DNA of 64,000 nucleotides, taken from NCBI GenBank assembly GCA_043811915.1, contig JBDRMS010000006.1, forward strand, positions 86,870 to 150,869, written 5' to 3'. Source of the stretch: a bacterium (lineage in GTDB: Bacteria > Patescibacteriota > Andersenbacteria > UBA10190). The notes beneath the pieces are model-generated. The model saw only the letters and a list, made by a program, of their open reading frames with translations. It did not search any database and was not told the origin of the DNA. Position 1 is the stretch's first letter. Every line of letters begins with the position of its first letter. The position numbers were made by a program, and so were the translations under genes. Positions 1-10,141 of the stretch are shown piece after piece.

Positions 1-6
1 GCTATT

Positions 7-849
7 ATGGCACTGAAGATTTACAAAAGTAATAGGGCGGCGCGGAAGCAGGCGTCGGGAGTTGATCGTTCGAATTTGCATAGTGGCGCTCCTCATCGTG
101 CGTTGACAACTGCTAAGACAAGGGGAAGTGGACGGGGTAGCCATGGTAAAATAACAGTTCGCCATCGGGGCGGAGGAGCCAAAAAACGGGGCAGAAGTGT
201 TGATTTTGGACAGGACAGGTTGGGAATAGCGGCTAGAGTGGAGAGAATTGAGTATGACCCAAACCGTTCAGCATTTATTGTGTTATTGCTTTATGTTGAC
301 GGAGATAGACGGTATCAATTAGCCTGGCAAGGGGCGACGGTGGGCGATGTAGTAGTGGCTGATAAAAAAACGGCGGAGACGCCGGGCAATAGGATGCAGC
401 TTATGAATATAACACCGGGGTTGACAGTGTATAACGTTGAGTTGAAAAGCGGCAGAGGTGGAGTGTTGTTTCGATCGGCCGGGGCTTATGCCACAATTAT
501 GGATGTAGCGGAAGAGCATGCTTTACTGAAATTACCTTCAGGTGAGATTCGTTATGTGCCACGGGATGTTTATGGCACGGTTGGCGCGGTTGGTAATGCA
601 GACCATCGATTGGTGAGAGTCGGTAGTGCTGGCCGAATGCGGCGGCGAGGGCGGCGGCCGCAGGTACGGGGCAAGGTAATGAACCCGGTTGATCACCCGC
701 ATGGTGGCGGGGAAGGGGCGCAGCCGATTGGACTTAAACATCCGAAAACTAAATGGGGCAAGCCGGCCTTGGGAGTAAAAACAAGACGCCAGGGAAAGTA
801 TTCCAATGCGCTGATAGTGAAGCGTCGCTTGCCAAAGAAGAAGAAGTAA
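7..849 (+). CDS. rplB: 50S ribosomal protein L2
   Basis: ITVRHRGGG, IEYDPNRSA, MNPVDHPHGGGEG motifs; S10 operon order. Confidence 0.99.
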   Translation: MALKIYKSNRAARKQASGVDRSNLHSGAPHRALTTAKTRGSGRGSHGKITVRHRGGGAKKRGRSVDFGQDRLGIAARVERIEYDPNRSAFIVLLLYVDGDRRYQLAWQGATVGDVVVADKKTAETPGNRMQLMNITPGLTVYNVELKSGRGGVLFRSAGAYATIMDVAEEHALLKLPSGEIRYVPRDVYGTVGAVGNADHRLVRVGSAGRMRRRGRRPQVRGKVMNPVDHPHGGGEGAQPIGLKHPKTKWGKPALGVKTRRQGKYSNALIVKRRLPKKKK

Positions 850-862
850 TTAATATATCGTC

Positions 863-1204
863 ATGGCTCGATCACTAAAAAAAGGCGGACCTTTCATAAA
901 TGAAAAGTTGTTGAAGAAGGTGAGGGGTATGCGGGCAGGAGATCGCACGGTCATTAAGACCTGGTCTCGGCAGTCTACTATTTACCCGGAAATGGTTGGT
1001 TTTCGGTTTGGTGTTCATAACGGGAAGGAGCACATAGAGGTGTTGGTATCAGAGGATATGGTGGGGCATAAGCTGGGTGAGTTTTCGCCTACCCGCAAAT
1101 TCGTGAGACATGGCGGTCGCATCCAGCGAGAGGCTGAAGCGGCTCTCCAAACCGGCGGACAAGTAGCAGGAGCGAGCGAAAAGCCGGGTGAGAATAAAAA
1201 TTAA
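863..1204 (+). CDS. rpsS: 30S ribosomal protein S19 (short C-terminal extension)
   Basis: [22 protein letters not shown]. Confidence 0.99.
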   Translation: MARSLKKGGPFINEKLLKKVRGMRAGDRTVIKTWSRQSTIYPEMVGFRFGVHNGKEHIEVLVSEDMVGHKLGEFSPTRKFVRHGGRIQREAEAALQTGGQVAGASEKPGENKN

Positions 1205-1214
1205 GTAATTAATT

Positions 1215-1769
1215 ATGGAAGTCAAAGCACACATTTCTAATGCCCGTATGACTCCTCGTAAAGTGCGCGGCTTGCGTGAAGTAGTAGTTGGTTTGCCGGT
1301 GCGTGAAGCTTTGGGCCAACTTGACTGGCAGGGCGGCAAAGCGGCAAAGGTGATCGGTAAAGTGCTCCGCTCGGCGGTAGCTAATGCGCAGCACAACCAC
1401 GAATTAGAGGAGGATAATTTGCAAGTAGCAGAACTTAAGGTAAATGATGGTATGCGTCTTAAACGCTGGCGGCCGGCTAGCCGGGGGATGGCTCACGCTT
1501 TTGTAAAAAGAGCTTGTCACATAACGGTGGTGCTGGAAGAGATTGTGGCCAGTGGCGAGAAAAGGAAGAAGCCAAAAGCAAGACAGGCTGATATTGATAC
1601 GTTGACGGTGGATGAGCTGGCACAGCGGGAACAGGTTGATAAGTCAGTGGAAGATGCTGCAGTAACCGGGCGGGCTGCTGTGCCGACAACTTCCGGCGTG
1701 TTTCAGAAAATAAAAATGCAGCAACAGGGGGGAGAGAAAAAGAAGACTCACAGAAGGAAGAGCATATAA
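1215..1769 (+). CDS. rplV: 50S ribosomal protein L22 with ~70 aa C-terminal extension
   Basis: TPRKVR, SAVANA, KR..P.SRG.A, HITVVL; synteny. Confidence 0.97.
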   Translation: MEVKAHISNARMTPRKVRGLREVVVGLPVREALGQLDWQGGKAAKVIGKVLRSAVANAQHNHELEEDNLQVAELKVNDGMRLKRWRPASRGMAHAFVKRACHITVVLEEIVASGEKRKKPKARQADIDTLTVDELAQREQVDKSVEDAAVTGRAAVPTTSGVFQKIKMQQQGGEKKKTHRRKSI

Positions 1770-1778
1770 CTATATTTT

Positions 1779-2549
1779 ATGGGCAGAAAGACTAATCCAA
1801 ATATACTGCGAGTGGGTAATATTCTACGGGCTTGGGATAGCCGGTGGTTTGCGGATCGCCGAGGTAAGTTTCGGGAAAATCTTTTGGCTGACCTTCAAAT
1901 CAGAGACTATTTTGCCAGGAAGCTAAGAAATGCCTCTGTTTCGCGGGTGGAAATAGAGCGCGGTCCGGCAAAGTCGGGAGGCGGAAAACAGGAAATTGTT
2001 TTAATGGTGCATACCTCACGGCCGGCTATGGTAATTGGCCGGGGCGGATCCGGTATTGAGCAAATACAGAAAGATTTGCTACGTAAGCTGGGAGGAGAAA
2101 AAAGGCTGCAAATAAACGTACAAGAGGTGCATAACCCTGACACCGATGCGGGAGCGGTGGCTACGCAGGTAGTGGAACAATTGGAGCGTCGTTTCCCTTT
2201 CCGCCGAGTGTTGAAGCAGACTATTTCTCGTGCTATACAGGCTGGGGCTCAGGGGGTGCGAGTATTGGTGGCTGGTCGTCTGAACGGAGCAGAAATTGCG
2301 CGTACAGAGTGGATGTCTGAAGGTAGCGTGCCACTGCATACTTTTCGAGCGGATATTTCTTATGCTGGGCGTACGGCGTATACCACCTACGGCACGATAG
2401 GAGTTAAGGTGTGGATCAATAGAGGAGACTTGTTGCCGGAGGAGGAAAAGCCGGGACAACAACGCAAGGCAAGGGTAAGTTCGCGGCGTCGTTCGCTGGC
2501 GGAAAAAGCAAAGGATTCTAAACGCTATGTTGCTACCTCGAAAAGTTAA
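1779..2549 (+). CDS. rpsC: 30S ribosomal protein S3
   Basis: [32 protein letters not shown]. Confidence 0.99.
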   Translation: MGRKTNPNILRVGNILRAWDSRWFADRRGKFRENLLADLQIRDYFARKLRNASVSRVEIERGPAKSGGGKQEIVLMVHTSRPAMVIGRGGSGIEQIQKDLLRKLGGEKRLQINVQEVHNPDTDAGAVATQVVEQLERRFPFRRVLKQTISRAIQAGAQGVRVLVAGRLNGAEIARTEWMSEGSVPLHTFRADISYAGRTAYTTYGTIGVKVWINRGDLLPEEEKPGQQRKARVSSRRRSLAEKAKDSKRYVATSKS

Positions 2550-2937
2550 GCATCGTAAGCACATGAAGGGTGTTGTGCGAGGGATGAGTAGTCAGGCGGC
2601 TGAGATTGCTTTTGGTCAATACGGGCTGAAGGCTTTAGAAAGTCGCTGGGTGACGGCACGGCAAATTGAGGCAGCCAGGCGAGCGATGACCCGTTTTGTG
2701 ATGCGGAGTGGCAAGATTTGGATTCGGGTTTTTCCTGACAAACCAATCACGCGTAAGGGACAGGAGGTACCAATGGGACAAGGAAAGGGTTCGGTTGATC
2801 ATTTTGTGGCGGTGGTACGACGGGGGCGGATTATTTTTGAAATGGATGGTGTTATTGAGAAAGATGCGCGGGAGGCATTACGTTTAGCTGGTCGGAAGTT
2901 GCCAGTTAAGACTCGTTTTATTAAAAGAGAACTATGA
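2527..2937 (+). CDS. rplP: 50S ribosomal protein L16
   Basis: [23 protein letters not shown]. Confidence 0.99.
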   Translation: MLLPRKVKHRKHMKGVVRGMSSQAAEIAFGQYGLKALESRWVTARQIEAARRAMTRFVMRSGKIWIRVFPDKPITRKGQEVPMGQGKGSVDHFVAVVRRGRIIFEMDGVIEKDAREALRLAGRKLPVKTRFIKREL

Positions 2938-3131
2938 TGAAAGTAAGAGATTTACGGGAATTAGGCACAGAGCGGCTGAAAGCGCGGACGGTGGAGCTGA
3001 AAGTTGAGTATGAGGCTTTGAAAGAAGCAGTGCTTTCGGGAAAAGAGAAAAATCATGCCCGGTTGGCGATTTTGAGACGAGACGTGGCAAGAGCCGATAC
3101 GATATTGAAAGAAAAAGGAGGAAAGTTATGA
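2934..3131 (+). CDS. rpmC: 50S ribosomal protein L29
   Basis: Size, [11 protein letters not shown], position between rplP and rpsQ. Confidence 0.93.
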   Translation: MMKVRDLRELGTERLKARTVELKVEYEALKEAVLSGKEKNHARLAILRRDVARADTILKEKGGKL

Positions 3132-3349
3132 AAGGCGTAGTGGTAAAGAAGTCAGGGGACAAAACGGTGGCCGTATCGGTGGCAAAGGAGAGGCATCATG
3201 GTTTGTATGGTAAAAAAATAGTAAAGACACGTCGTTTTCTGGTGCACGATCCAGACAATAAGGCGCAGGTGGGCGACCTGGTAACCATACGTTCGACGCG
3301 GCCAGTTTCAGCCCGCAAAAGATGGGTAATTGAAAACTATGGTTCATGA
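3128..3349 (+). CDS. rpsQ: 30S ribosomal protein S17 (N-terminally short)
   Basis: GVVV...[19 protein letters not shown]. Confidence 0.97.
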   Translation: MKGVVVKKSGDKTVAVSVAKERHHGLYGKKIVKTRRFLVHDPDNKAQVGDLVTIRSTRPVSARKRWVIENYGS

Positions 3350-3710
3350 ACGCAGTAAATTGATGGTGGCCGATAACTCGGGGGCGCGGCTGCTGGAAGT
3401 GATACGAGTACTGGGTGGCACCCGGCGGCGCTATGCTTACCTGGGGGACGTGATTGTGGCTGCGGTAAAGGTGGCAGAACCAAGAGCGTCGGTAAAGAAG
3501 GGCGAGGTAGTACGAGCTGTGCTGGTACGAGTGCGAAAAGAGCATAAGCGGCCGGACGGTTCGGCTATAAGGTTTGATGATAACGCAGCCGTTGTTTTAC
3601 AGAAGGATAGTCATGACTTGATTGGCACGCGTGTGTTTGGCCCGGTGGCGCGCGAGGTCAGAATTAAAGGTTATCAGAAAATTATATCATTAGCGCCGGA
3701 AGTATGGTGA
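3339..3710 (+). CDS. rplN: 50S ribosomal protein L14 (ATG 3339 preferred)
   Basis: [31 protein letters not shown]. Confidence 0.99.
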   Translation: MVHERSKLMVADNSGARLLEVIRVLGGTRRRYAYLGDVIVAAVKVAEPRASVKKGEVVRAVLVRVRKEHKRPDGSAIRFDDNAAVVLQKDSHDLIGTRVFGPVAREVRIKGYQKIISLAPEVW

Positions 3711-4018
3711 GCAAGATAAAACGTGACGATGTGGTAAAGGTGTTGCTGGGTAAAGACAAGGGCAAGACCGGGAAAGTCATGGCAGTGCTACCGGAAAAGG
3801 AAAGGGTGTTAGTGGAGGGGGTCAATATGGCTAAGAAGCACATTCGGCCGCGCAAGGCAGGGGAGAAAGGACAGCGAGTGTCGGTGGCGGCTCCTGTGCA
3901 CATATCCAATGTGCAGCTGGTTTGCCCGACTTGCAAAAAGAGCACCCGGGTGGGCATAAAACGTGAAGCCGGCCAGCGTCAGCGTGTTTGCAAGAAATGT
4001 CAGGCAGTCATTGAGTAG
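3704..4018 (+). CDS. rplX: 50S ribosomal protein L24
   Basis: [18 protein letters not shown], CxxC pairs. Confidence 0.98.
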   Translation: MVSKIKRDDVVKVLLGKDKGKTGKVMAVLPEKERVLVEGVNMAKKHIRPRKAGEKGQRVSVAAPVHISNVQLVCPTCKKSTRVGIKREAGQRQRVCKKCQAVIE

Positions 4019-4029
4019 AATCAGGAATT

Positions 4030-4545
4030 ATGAACCAAGCATCAGGCAAAGGGAAATTAAATATCCATGCGGTGCCGAGGGTGACGAGTGTTGTGGTGAG
4101 CGTCGGGGTGGGTAAAAATCGAGATGACAAGGTGTTCCTGGAGGCAGTACAGAAAGACCTGAAGGCCATTACAGGACAAATGCCGCATGAGTGTCGGGCG
4201 AAGAAGGCCGTGGCTGGTTTTAATGTGCGGCAAGGTAATCTGGTGGCATACCGGGTGACGTTGCGCGGTCAGCGGATGAATGATTTTGTCCGTCGACTGG
4301 TGCATTTGACACTGCCGCGAGTGCGTGACTTTCGTGGTGTCGGGGTATCGAGTTTTGATGGTCATGGTAACTTGAATTATGGGCTCAAGGAACAATTAGC
4401 TTTTCCTGAGATTCATCCCGAAAAAACTGATGCAGTGTTTGGTGTGCAGGTGAATATAATTACTTCGGCACCGGACGACAAGTCAGGCATTAAGCTTCTG
4501 CGGGAGTTGAATTTTCCTTTGGCGGAAGCAAGTGAACTTGACTAG
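4030..4545 (+). CDS. rplE: 50S ribosomal protein L5 (first helix missing)
   Basis: ITGQ.P, VTLRG, LPRVRDFRG, FDGHGN, FPEI. Confidence 0.97.
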   Translation: MNQASGKGKLNIHAVPRVTSVVVSVGVGKNRDDKVFLEAVQKDLKAITGQMPHECRAKKAVAGFNVRQGNLVAYRVTLRGQRMNDFVRRLVHLTLPRVRDFRGVGVSSFDGHGNLNYGLKEQLAFPEIHPEKTDAVFGVQVNIITSAPDDKSGIKLLRELNFPLAEASELD

Positions 4546-4577
4546 CTGAACGTTTTTAATAGATAGTGCTCCAATAT

Positions 4578-4763
4578 ATGGCAAAAGTATCTCAAATAGC
4601 AAAGAGCGCAAAGAAGCCGAAGTTTAGCACGCGCCTGACGCTTCGTTGCTCGGTTTGTGGACGCAAACGAGGCTATATGCGGGATTTTGGACTTTGCCGT
4701 ATTTGCTTTCGGGAACAGGCAGAGAAGGGCACTATTCCCGGCATAAGAAAGTCATCATGGTAA
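4578..4763 (+). CDS. rpsN: 30S ribosomal protein S14, zinc-binding short type
   Basis: RCSVCGR...[15 protein letters not shown]; ATG 4578. Confidence 0.98.
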   Translation: MAKVSQIAKSAKKPKFSTRLTLRCSVCGRKRGYMRDFGLCRICFREQAEKGTIPGIRKSSW

Positions 4764-4773
4764 TATTTGTTTT

Positions 4774-5160
4774 ATGGATCCGATAGCAAACATGTTAACG
4801 TCTTTGATTACGGCACAGCAGGTAGGCAAGGAAAGGGTGGCTGTGCCATATTCTCATTTTAAGGAACAGCTGGCTGGTTTTTTGCAAAAAAAGAAGATGA
4901 TTTCATCGACTAGAGTTCAGGAAGGGACTAAAGCGAAGTTGATTATTAGTTTGGCTTACCAGGGCAAAGAGCCAAAGATTGGCCAGGTGCGCCGTTTGAG
5001 CAGTCCGGGCCGGCGGCGTTACGTGAAAGCTGGCGAATTGCCGTGGGCCGGCGGTCGACCTGGTTTTTATGTGTTGTCTACCTCCAGCGGACTGATGGAT
5101 GAAGTAGAGGCTCGTCGCCGGGGTTTGGGGGGCGAGCTGGTTTGTGAGATTTGGGAATAG
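4774..5160 (+). CDS. rpsH: 30S ribosomal protein S8
   Basis: DPIANMLT, S.PGRR.Y, STS.G, GGE. Confidence 0.98.
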   Translation: MDPIANMLTSLITAQQVGKERVAVPYSHFKEQLAGFLQKKKMISSTRVQEGTKAKLIISLAYQGKEPKIGQVRRLSSPGRRRYVKAGELPWAGGRPGFYVLSTSSGLMDEVEARRRGLGGELVCEIWE

Positions 5161-5170
5161 GCTCTCTATT

Positions 5171-5713
5171 ATGTCACGAATTGGAAAACAATCGATAACT
5201 TTACCCGACGGCGTTACAGCGACGGTGGAAAATCAAATCGTAAAAGTGACGGGACCAAAGGGAGAATTAGGGTACGTGGTACATCCTGATGTTGAGGTGA
5301 AGCTGTGTGATAACCAGTTGACTTGTTCGGTTGCTCGATCCGGCAAGCGGGCAGCTGCTTTGTGGGGCACAACCAGATCGCGTCTAGCTAATATCGTGGA
5401 GGGAGTAAACGAAGGTTACCGTAAGGAGCTGGAATTGCATGGAGTAGGTTATCGAGCCAAGCTGGCGGGCAAAAATCTGGAATTGTCTGTTGGTTTTTCT
5501 CACCCGGTGGTCATAGAGGCGCCGGAAGGGATTAATTTCGCGGTGGAAAAAGAAACAATAACAGTGGAAGGGTATGACAAAGTACAGGTGGGACAAATGG
5601 CGGCTAATATCAGGGCGGTGCGCAGGCCGGAGCCTTACAAAGGAAAAGGAATTCGTTATCATGGCGAAAAGGTACGGCGCAAGGTTGGTAAGATGGTGGG
5701 AACAACTGAATAG
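5171..5713 (+). CDS. rplF: 50S ribosomal protein L6 (ATG 5171)
   Basis: MSRIGK, GPKGEL, GVGYRA, PEPYKGKGIRY. Confidence 0.99.
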   Translation: MSRIGKQSITLPDGVTATVENQIVKVTGPKGELGYVVHPDVEVKLCDNQLTCSVARSGKRAAALWGTTRSRLANIVEGVNEGYRKELELHGVGYRAKLAGKNLELSVGFSHPVVIEAPEGINFAVEKETITVEGYDKVQVGQMAANIRAVRRPEPYKGKGIRYHGEKVRRKVGKMVGTTE

Positions 5714-5717
5714 GCCT

Positions 5718-6050
5718 ATGCTTGAGCAGAAACGAAAACAACGACAAAGAAGGATACGGGCTCGTTTGAAGGGAACGGCCGAGCGGCCGCGGGCCAGTGT
5801 TTTTCGGGGGAACAGCTCTGTTAGTGTGCAATTAATTGATGACGTAAAGGGACATACTTTGTTGACAGTGCGAGGAGCTGGCGGTAAGGGAGGCAAAATC
5901 AAGAAAGCGGGCGAGGTGGGTAAGAAAGCAGGAAAAAAGGCGATTGAAATGGGCGTCAAAAAAGTAGTGTTTGATCGAGGAGGATATGCCTATCATGGCC
6001 GGGTGAAGGCAGTGGCGGAAGGCATAAGAGAGGCGGGAATAAAACTATGA
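5718..6050 (+). CDS. rplR: 50S ribosomal protein L18 (ATG 5718)
   Basis: GTAERPR, QLIDD, VVFDRGGY.YHGRV. Confidence 0.98.
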   Translation: MLEQKRKQRQRRIRARLKGTAERPRASVFRGNSSVSVQLIDDVKGHTLLTVRGAGGKGGKIKKAGEVGKKAGKKAIEMGVKKVVFDRGGYAYHGRVKAVAEGIREAGIKL

Positions 6051-6517
6051 CAGAGACAGCGAAGCGACATACTTTTTCCGGCGGGAAAGCAGAACAGGAA
6101 TATGAGAATGAGGTGTTGGATATAGCGCGAGTGGTGCGAGTGGTAAAGGGAGGACGACGTTTTAGTTTTCGGGCTAGTGTGGTGGCGGGGAACAGGGCTG
6201 GCAAGGTTGGTTTTGGATTAGGACGCAGTCGTGATGTGCAAACGGCTATCCAGAAAGCTTATAATCAGGCAGCAAAGAATATGATAAATATTAAGGTAAA
6301 AGACGGTACTATTGCGCACAAAGTATCGGCCAAGTTTAAGGGAGCCCAGGTTTTGTTGCAGCCGGCTCGGCCAGGAACGGGTATTATTGCGGGTAGCCCC
6401 ATACGTCTGGTAGCGGACCTGATTGGGGTTAGAGACCTCGTGGCCAAGCGTTTTGGTTCGGCAAACAAAATTAGTAATGTTCGGGCTGCTGTGACAGCGA
6501 TGAAGAAACTACACTAG
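6047..6517 (+). CDS. rpsE: 30S ribosomal protein S5
   Basis: RVVRVVKGGRRFSF, PA.PGTGIIAG. Confidence 0.98.
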   Translation: MTETAKRHTFSGGKAEQEYENEVLDIARVVRVVKGGRRFSFRASVVAGNRAGKVGFGLGRSRDVQTAIQKAYNQAAKNMINIKVKDGTIAHKVSAKFKGAQVLLQPARPGTGIIAGSPIRLVADLIGVRDLVAKRFGSANKISNVRAAVTAMKKLH

Positions 6518-6520
6518 GCT

Positions 6521-6967
6521 ATGAAATTGTCAGAGTTGAAAAAAATAACAAAGAAGGCGAAGCGGGTGGGGCGTGGTATTGGCAGCAGGGGGGCCAAGTC
6601 TGGCCGGGGAATGAAAGGACAACGCTCGCGGGCTGGTTATACGAACAGGGCCGGTTTTGAAGGGGGCCAGACGCCGCTGTATCAACGTTTGCCGAAGGGG
6701 CGAGGTGTCAAGCAGGTCTTTGCTTCACAGGCGGTACGCCCGGCGGTGGTGAAAGTGGCACAGCTGAACAGGTTTGACGAAGACAGTATTGTTGGCATAG
6801 GGGCGCTAAAAAAGGCTGGTCTGGTAGCGGGTAATCGGGACAAGATAAAGTTGGTTGGGGGAGGAGAGATGAAGAACAAGCTAACGGTGCGGATACACGC
6901 TTGCAGCGCGGGAGCAAAAGAGGCTGTTGAAAAGGCTGGCGGCAAAGTAGAATTAATACATGCTTGA
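6521..6967 (+). CDS. rplO: 50S ribosomal protein L15
   Basis: RVGRGIGS, GFEGGQTPL.QRLPK. Confidence 0.98.
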   Translation: MKLSELKKITKKAKRVGRGIGSRGAKSGRGMKGQRSRAGYTNRAGFEGGQTPLYQRLPKGRGVKQVFASQAVRPAVVKVAQLNRFDEDSIVGIGALKKAGLVAGNRDKIKLVGGGEMKNKLTVRIHACSAGAKEAVEKAGGKVELIHA

Positions 6968-8255
6968 TTGGAAAAAGGCGTTGCAGGTTTTCAGAATTCC
7001 AGAGTTGCGGAAGAAAGTACTGGTTGTCTTCGGGCTGCTGGCGGTGTTTCGGGTAATAGCTGTTATTCCTTTGCCGGGAGTGCCGCGGGAAAGCCTGGAA
7101 GCTTTGTTTGGAGGTAACCAGCTGTTTGGGTTGCTGGACATATTCTCCGGGGGCGGTTTGTCGAACTTGTCGATAGTGATGTTGGGAGTGGGACCATATA
7201 TTACGGCTTCGATTGTGATGCAGCTTTTAACGATGATTGTGCCGCAATTGGAAGAAATGGCTAAGGAAGAGGGCGAGGCGGGGCGACGCAGGATTAATCA
7301 GTGGACGCGGCAACTGACGGTGCCGCTGGCGGCTTTGCAGTCTTTTGCTTTTATTAATTTATTACAAAGGCAGGGCGCCGGCGCAGGAGTGGGCCTGATG
7401 TTTTCTCCCTGGGATTTGGCGGTAGCCATTATTACCGTGACAGCGGGTACGGTTTTGTTGATGTGGCTGGGCGAGCTGATAACAGAGCAGGGTATTGGTA
7501 ATGGTATTTCCCTAATTATCTTTGTGGGTATTATTGCTCGCCTGCCGCAAATAACAATACAAACTATTGCTACCTGGACGCCGGATCAGTTGCTGACGTA
7601 CCTAACCTTCCTGGTAGTGTCGGTGGTGGTGATTGCCGGCGTGGTAATGGTAACGGAAGGACAGCGGTCCATACCGGTAAGTTATGCCAAGCGGGTGCGG
7701 GGCTCGCGAGTATTTGGCGGAGCTTCGACGCACTTGCCACTTAGAGTCAACCAGGCGGGCGTTATTCCAATCATCTTCGCCTTGTCGGTGATGTTGTTTC
7801 CCGGCATGGTAGCCAGCTTTTTGGTGGGGGTGGACAGCGCCATTGTGTCCAGAGGGGCGACCTGGGTGGTAAATATGTTTCAGAACCAGTGGTTTTACGG
7901 TATTTTCTATTTTGTGTTGGTGGTGGTGTTTACCTATTTTTACACTTCGGTAACGTTCGATCCCAAAAACATCGCCGAAAACCTGCAAAAGCAAGGCGGC
8001 TTTGTGCCTGGAATCAGGCCGGGCAGGCGCACGGCTAATTTTCTTAAGTATGTAATAAATCGGATTACGCTGACGGGAGCGATATTCCTGGGGTTGATTG
8101 CGGTGTTGCCGCTGATTATGCAGGGGATGCTGGGCATTGCCACGCTGACAATCGGGGGCACGGCACTGCTGATTGTGGTGTCGGTGGTATTGGAAACGAT
8201 GAAGCAGGTGGAGTCGCAGATGACGATGCGCGAATATGAAGGCTTTCTTACCTAA
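6960..8255 (+). CDS. secY: Preprotein translocase SecY
   Basis: GVGPYITASI, GIGNGISL, AGVIPIIFA, PGIRPG; multiple TM segments. Confidence 0.99.
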   Translation: MLDWKKALQVFRIPELRKKVLVVFGLLAVFRVIAVIPLPGVPRESLEALFGGNQLFGLLDIFSGGGLSNLSIVMLGVGPYITASIVMQLLTMIVPQLEEMAKEEGEAGRRRINQWTRQLTVPLAALQSFAFINLLQRQGAGAGVGLMFSPWDLAVAIITVTAGTVLLMWLGELITEQGIGNGISLIIFVGIIARLPQITIQTIATWTPDQLLTYLTFLVVSVVVIAGVVMVTEGQRSIPVSYAKRVRGSRVFGGASTHLPLRVNQAGVIPIIFALSVMLFPGMVASFLVGVDSAIVSRGATWVVNMFQNQWFYGIFYFVLVVVFTYFYTSVTFDPKNIAENLQKQGGFVPGIRPGRRTANFLKYVINRITLTGAIFLGLIAVLPLIMQGMLGIATLTIGGTALLIVVSVVLETMKQVESQMTMREYEGFLT

Positions 8256-8910
8256 GGTAATTTATATCATGGGCCCGCCGGGGGCGGGCAAGGGTACCCA
8301 GGCGTCAATGCTGGCGGAAAAGATTGGCTACGTGCAGTTTAGCACAGGTAATGCGTTTCGCGATGTATCCGCACAGGATACATCGCTGGGGCGCAAAGTG
8401 AAGGAGATAATCGACAGTGGATATTTGGCGCCGCCGGAAATGGCGGCGGAGATAGTAACCACACAGGTACAAAAAAATTTAGAGCGAGGAGAGAAACTGG
8501 TATTTGACGGGACGCCGCGTACGGTCAGGGAGGGAGAAATAGTAGATAAGTTTTTTGCGGAGAGAAAGTGGGGAGACCCGTTGCCGATTTTGTTGAAGAT
8601 AGACAAAAAAGAGATGATAAGTCGTAACGCCAAGCGTCAGTTCTGCCTTAAGGCTCAGGGAGGAGATTTCCCTGTTTTTACATTGGTGGATGAGAAAAAG
8701 TGCGAGGAACGGGGTGGCCAGGTAGGCCGGCGTCCGGACGATGATCCGGAAAAGTTTGCCACGCGCTGGAACGAATTTATGGCGCAGACCTGGCCGGTAG
8801 TGGAAAAGTATAGGCAACGGGGCATTTTGCGGGAGGTGGATGGCATGTTGGCCATACCGGAGGTGCATGAGCAGATAATGAAAGTGATCGGGGAATTTGA
8901 AAAGAAGTGA
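8236..8910 (+). CDS. adk: Adenylate kinase
   Basis: GPPGAGKGTQA, STG, DG.PRT, RPDD; follows secY. Confidence 0.93.
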   Translation: MKAFLPKVIYIMGPPGAGKGTQASMLAEKIGYVQFSTGNAFRDVSAQDTSLGRKVKEIIDSGYLAPPEMAAEIVTTQVQKNLERGEKLVFDGTPRTVREGEIVDKFFAERKWGDPLPILLKIDKKEMISRNAKRQFCLKAQGGDFPVFTLVDEKKCEERGGQVGRRPDDDPEKFATRWNEFMAQTWPVVEKYRQRGILREVDGMLAIPEVHEQIMKVIGEFEKK

Positions 8911-9692
8911 TTCGTTTAAAGACAGCAAAGGAAATAGAGTGTTTGGCTTCGGGCGGCGCGATTCTGGCAGAAGTTCTTGAACGGCTGGTGAGTGAGGTGA
9001 AAGCAGGGGTTACTCCCAGGCAGCTGGATGCTTTAGCACAGGAATTAATCGCGGACAGGGGAGCCAAACCGTCGTTTTTAAATTATGCGCCGAAAGGAAA
9101 AAAACCATTTCCGGCGGCGCTTTGTGTTTCGGTTAATCAGGCTATAGTGCACGGATTGCCAAATGATACTGTTTTTAAAGAGGGAGATGTGGTTGGGCTT
9201 GATTGCGGCATTGAATATAAGGGCTTGTACACAGATAGCGCGCAGACGGTGGGGGTGGGCAAAGTGACAGACGAAGCTGCCAGACTTATGATGGTAACTC
9301 GCCAGGCGCTGGCTGAGGCCATAGAGAAATGCCGGGTAGGAAATAGAATAGGCGATATTGGAGAGGCTGTGCAGACGCATGTTGAGAGAGAGGGCTTTGA
9401 AGTTGTGCGAGCGTTGGTGGGGCACGGAGTAGGATATGATGTGCACGAAGAACCGGCAGTACCAAACTATGGCGAGGCAGGAAAAGGAGTGAAATTAAAA
9501 GAGGGACTGGTTATTGCTATTGAACCAATGGTAGCGGTGGGTAACGCGGAGGTGAAGACCAGCGGAGATGGATGGACGGTGGAAACGAAAGGGGGAGGAC
9601 TGGCGGCTCATGAGGAGCATACGGTGGCTATCATGCCGTCAGGACCAAGAATACTTACGAAATCCAAAATCCAAAATTCAAATGTCAAATAA
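8907..9692 (+). CDS. map: Methionine aminopeptidase type I
   Basis: C.SVN...VHG.P, GHGVG..HEEP, AIEPM, AHEEHT. Confidence 0.98.
   Translation: MIRLKTAKEIECLASGGAILAEVLERLVSEVKAGVTPRQLDALAQELIADRGAKPSFLNYAPKGKKPFPAALCVSVNQAIVHGLPNDTVFKEGDVVGLDCGIEYKGLYTDSAQTVGVGKVTDEAARLMMVTRQALAEAIEKCRVGNRIGDIGEAVQTHVEREGFEVVRALVGHGVGYDVHEEPAVPNYGEAGKGVKLKEGLVIAIEPMVAVGNAEVKTSGDGWTVETKGGGLAAHEEHTVAIMPSGPRILTKSKIQNSNVK
9660..9690. repeat. Degenerate heptamer tandem repeat AAATCCA-AAATCCA-AAATTCA-AATGTCA
   Basis: Read directly; encodes the map tail KSKIQNSNVK and contains the yqgF ATG. Confidence 0.8.
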
Positions 9693-10098
9693 TATCCTTT
9701 GTCTGGATTATGGGGAGCGATATGTTGGGGTGGCCATGGCGAACATGGAGGATAGAATTGCGCTAAGGTATTCGACGATTGATCAAAAACAAGATGATGT
9801 GCTGGGTATAGTCAGAAACGTAGTTGAGCAGGAAGAAATAGTTAAAATTTTAGTGAGTGTGCCGAAAAGTTTATCGGGGGAAGAGACGGCGCAAACGCGA
9901 GTGTCGCTGGATTTTGTTGCCAGATTAAAGGACGAACTTGGTGATGAAGTTGAAGTGGAAGGCGTGGATGAAGTATTTTCCAGCAAAGAGGCGAGGCGAA
10001 ATCTTCAAGCCGAAGGGGGAAAAATAGCTGAAGAGCATGTGGAAGCGGCCCGCTTGATGTTAGCGGATTATCTTGCTAAACATTTTAGTGATGGGTAA
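9682..10098 (+). CDS. yqgF: YqgF/RuvX family RNase H-fold nuclease (ATG 9682)
   Basis: LCLDYGERYVGVA, VP..L.G, VDE..SS.EA, AA..ML..YL. Confidence 0.88.
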   Translation: MSNNILCLDYGERYVGVAMANMEDRIALRYSTIDQKQDDVLGIVRNVVEQEEIVKILVSVPKSLSGEETAQTRVSLDFVARLKDELGDEVEVEGVDEVFSSKEARRNLQAEGGKIAEEHVEAARLMLADYLAKHFSDG

Positions 10099-10100
10099 CA

Positions 10101-10141
10101 AGAAGTTTGAGGAGAAGTTTGAGGATTATCTTCGGAATTGT
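10101..10141. repeat. Degenerate REP-like palindrome with duplicated distal arm (AGAAGTTTGAGG x2) upstream of RAYT1
   Basis: 10124-10141 is the exact reverse complement of 10841-10858. Confidence 0.85.
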
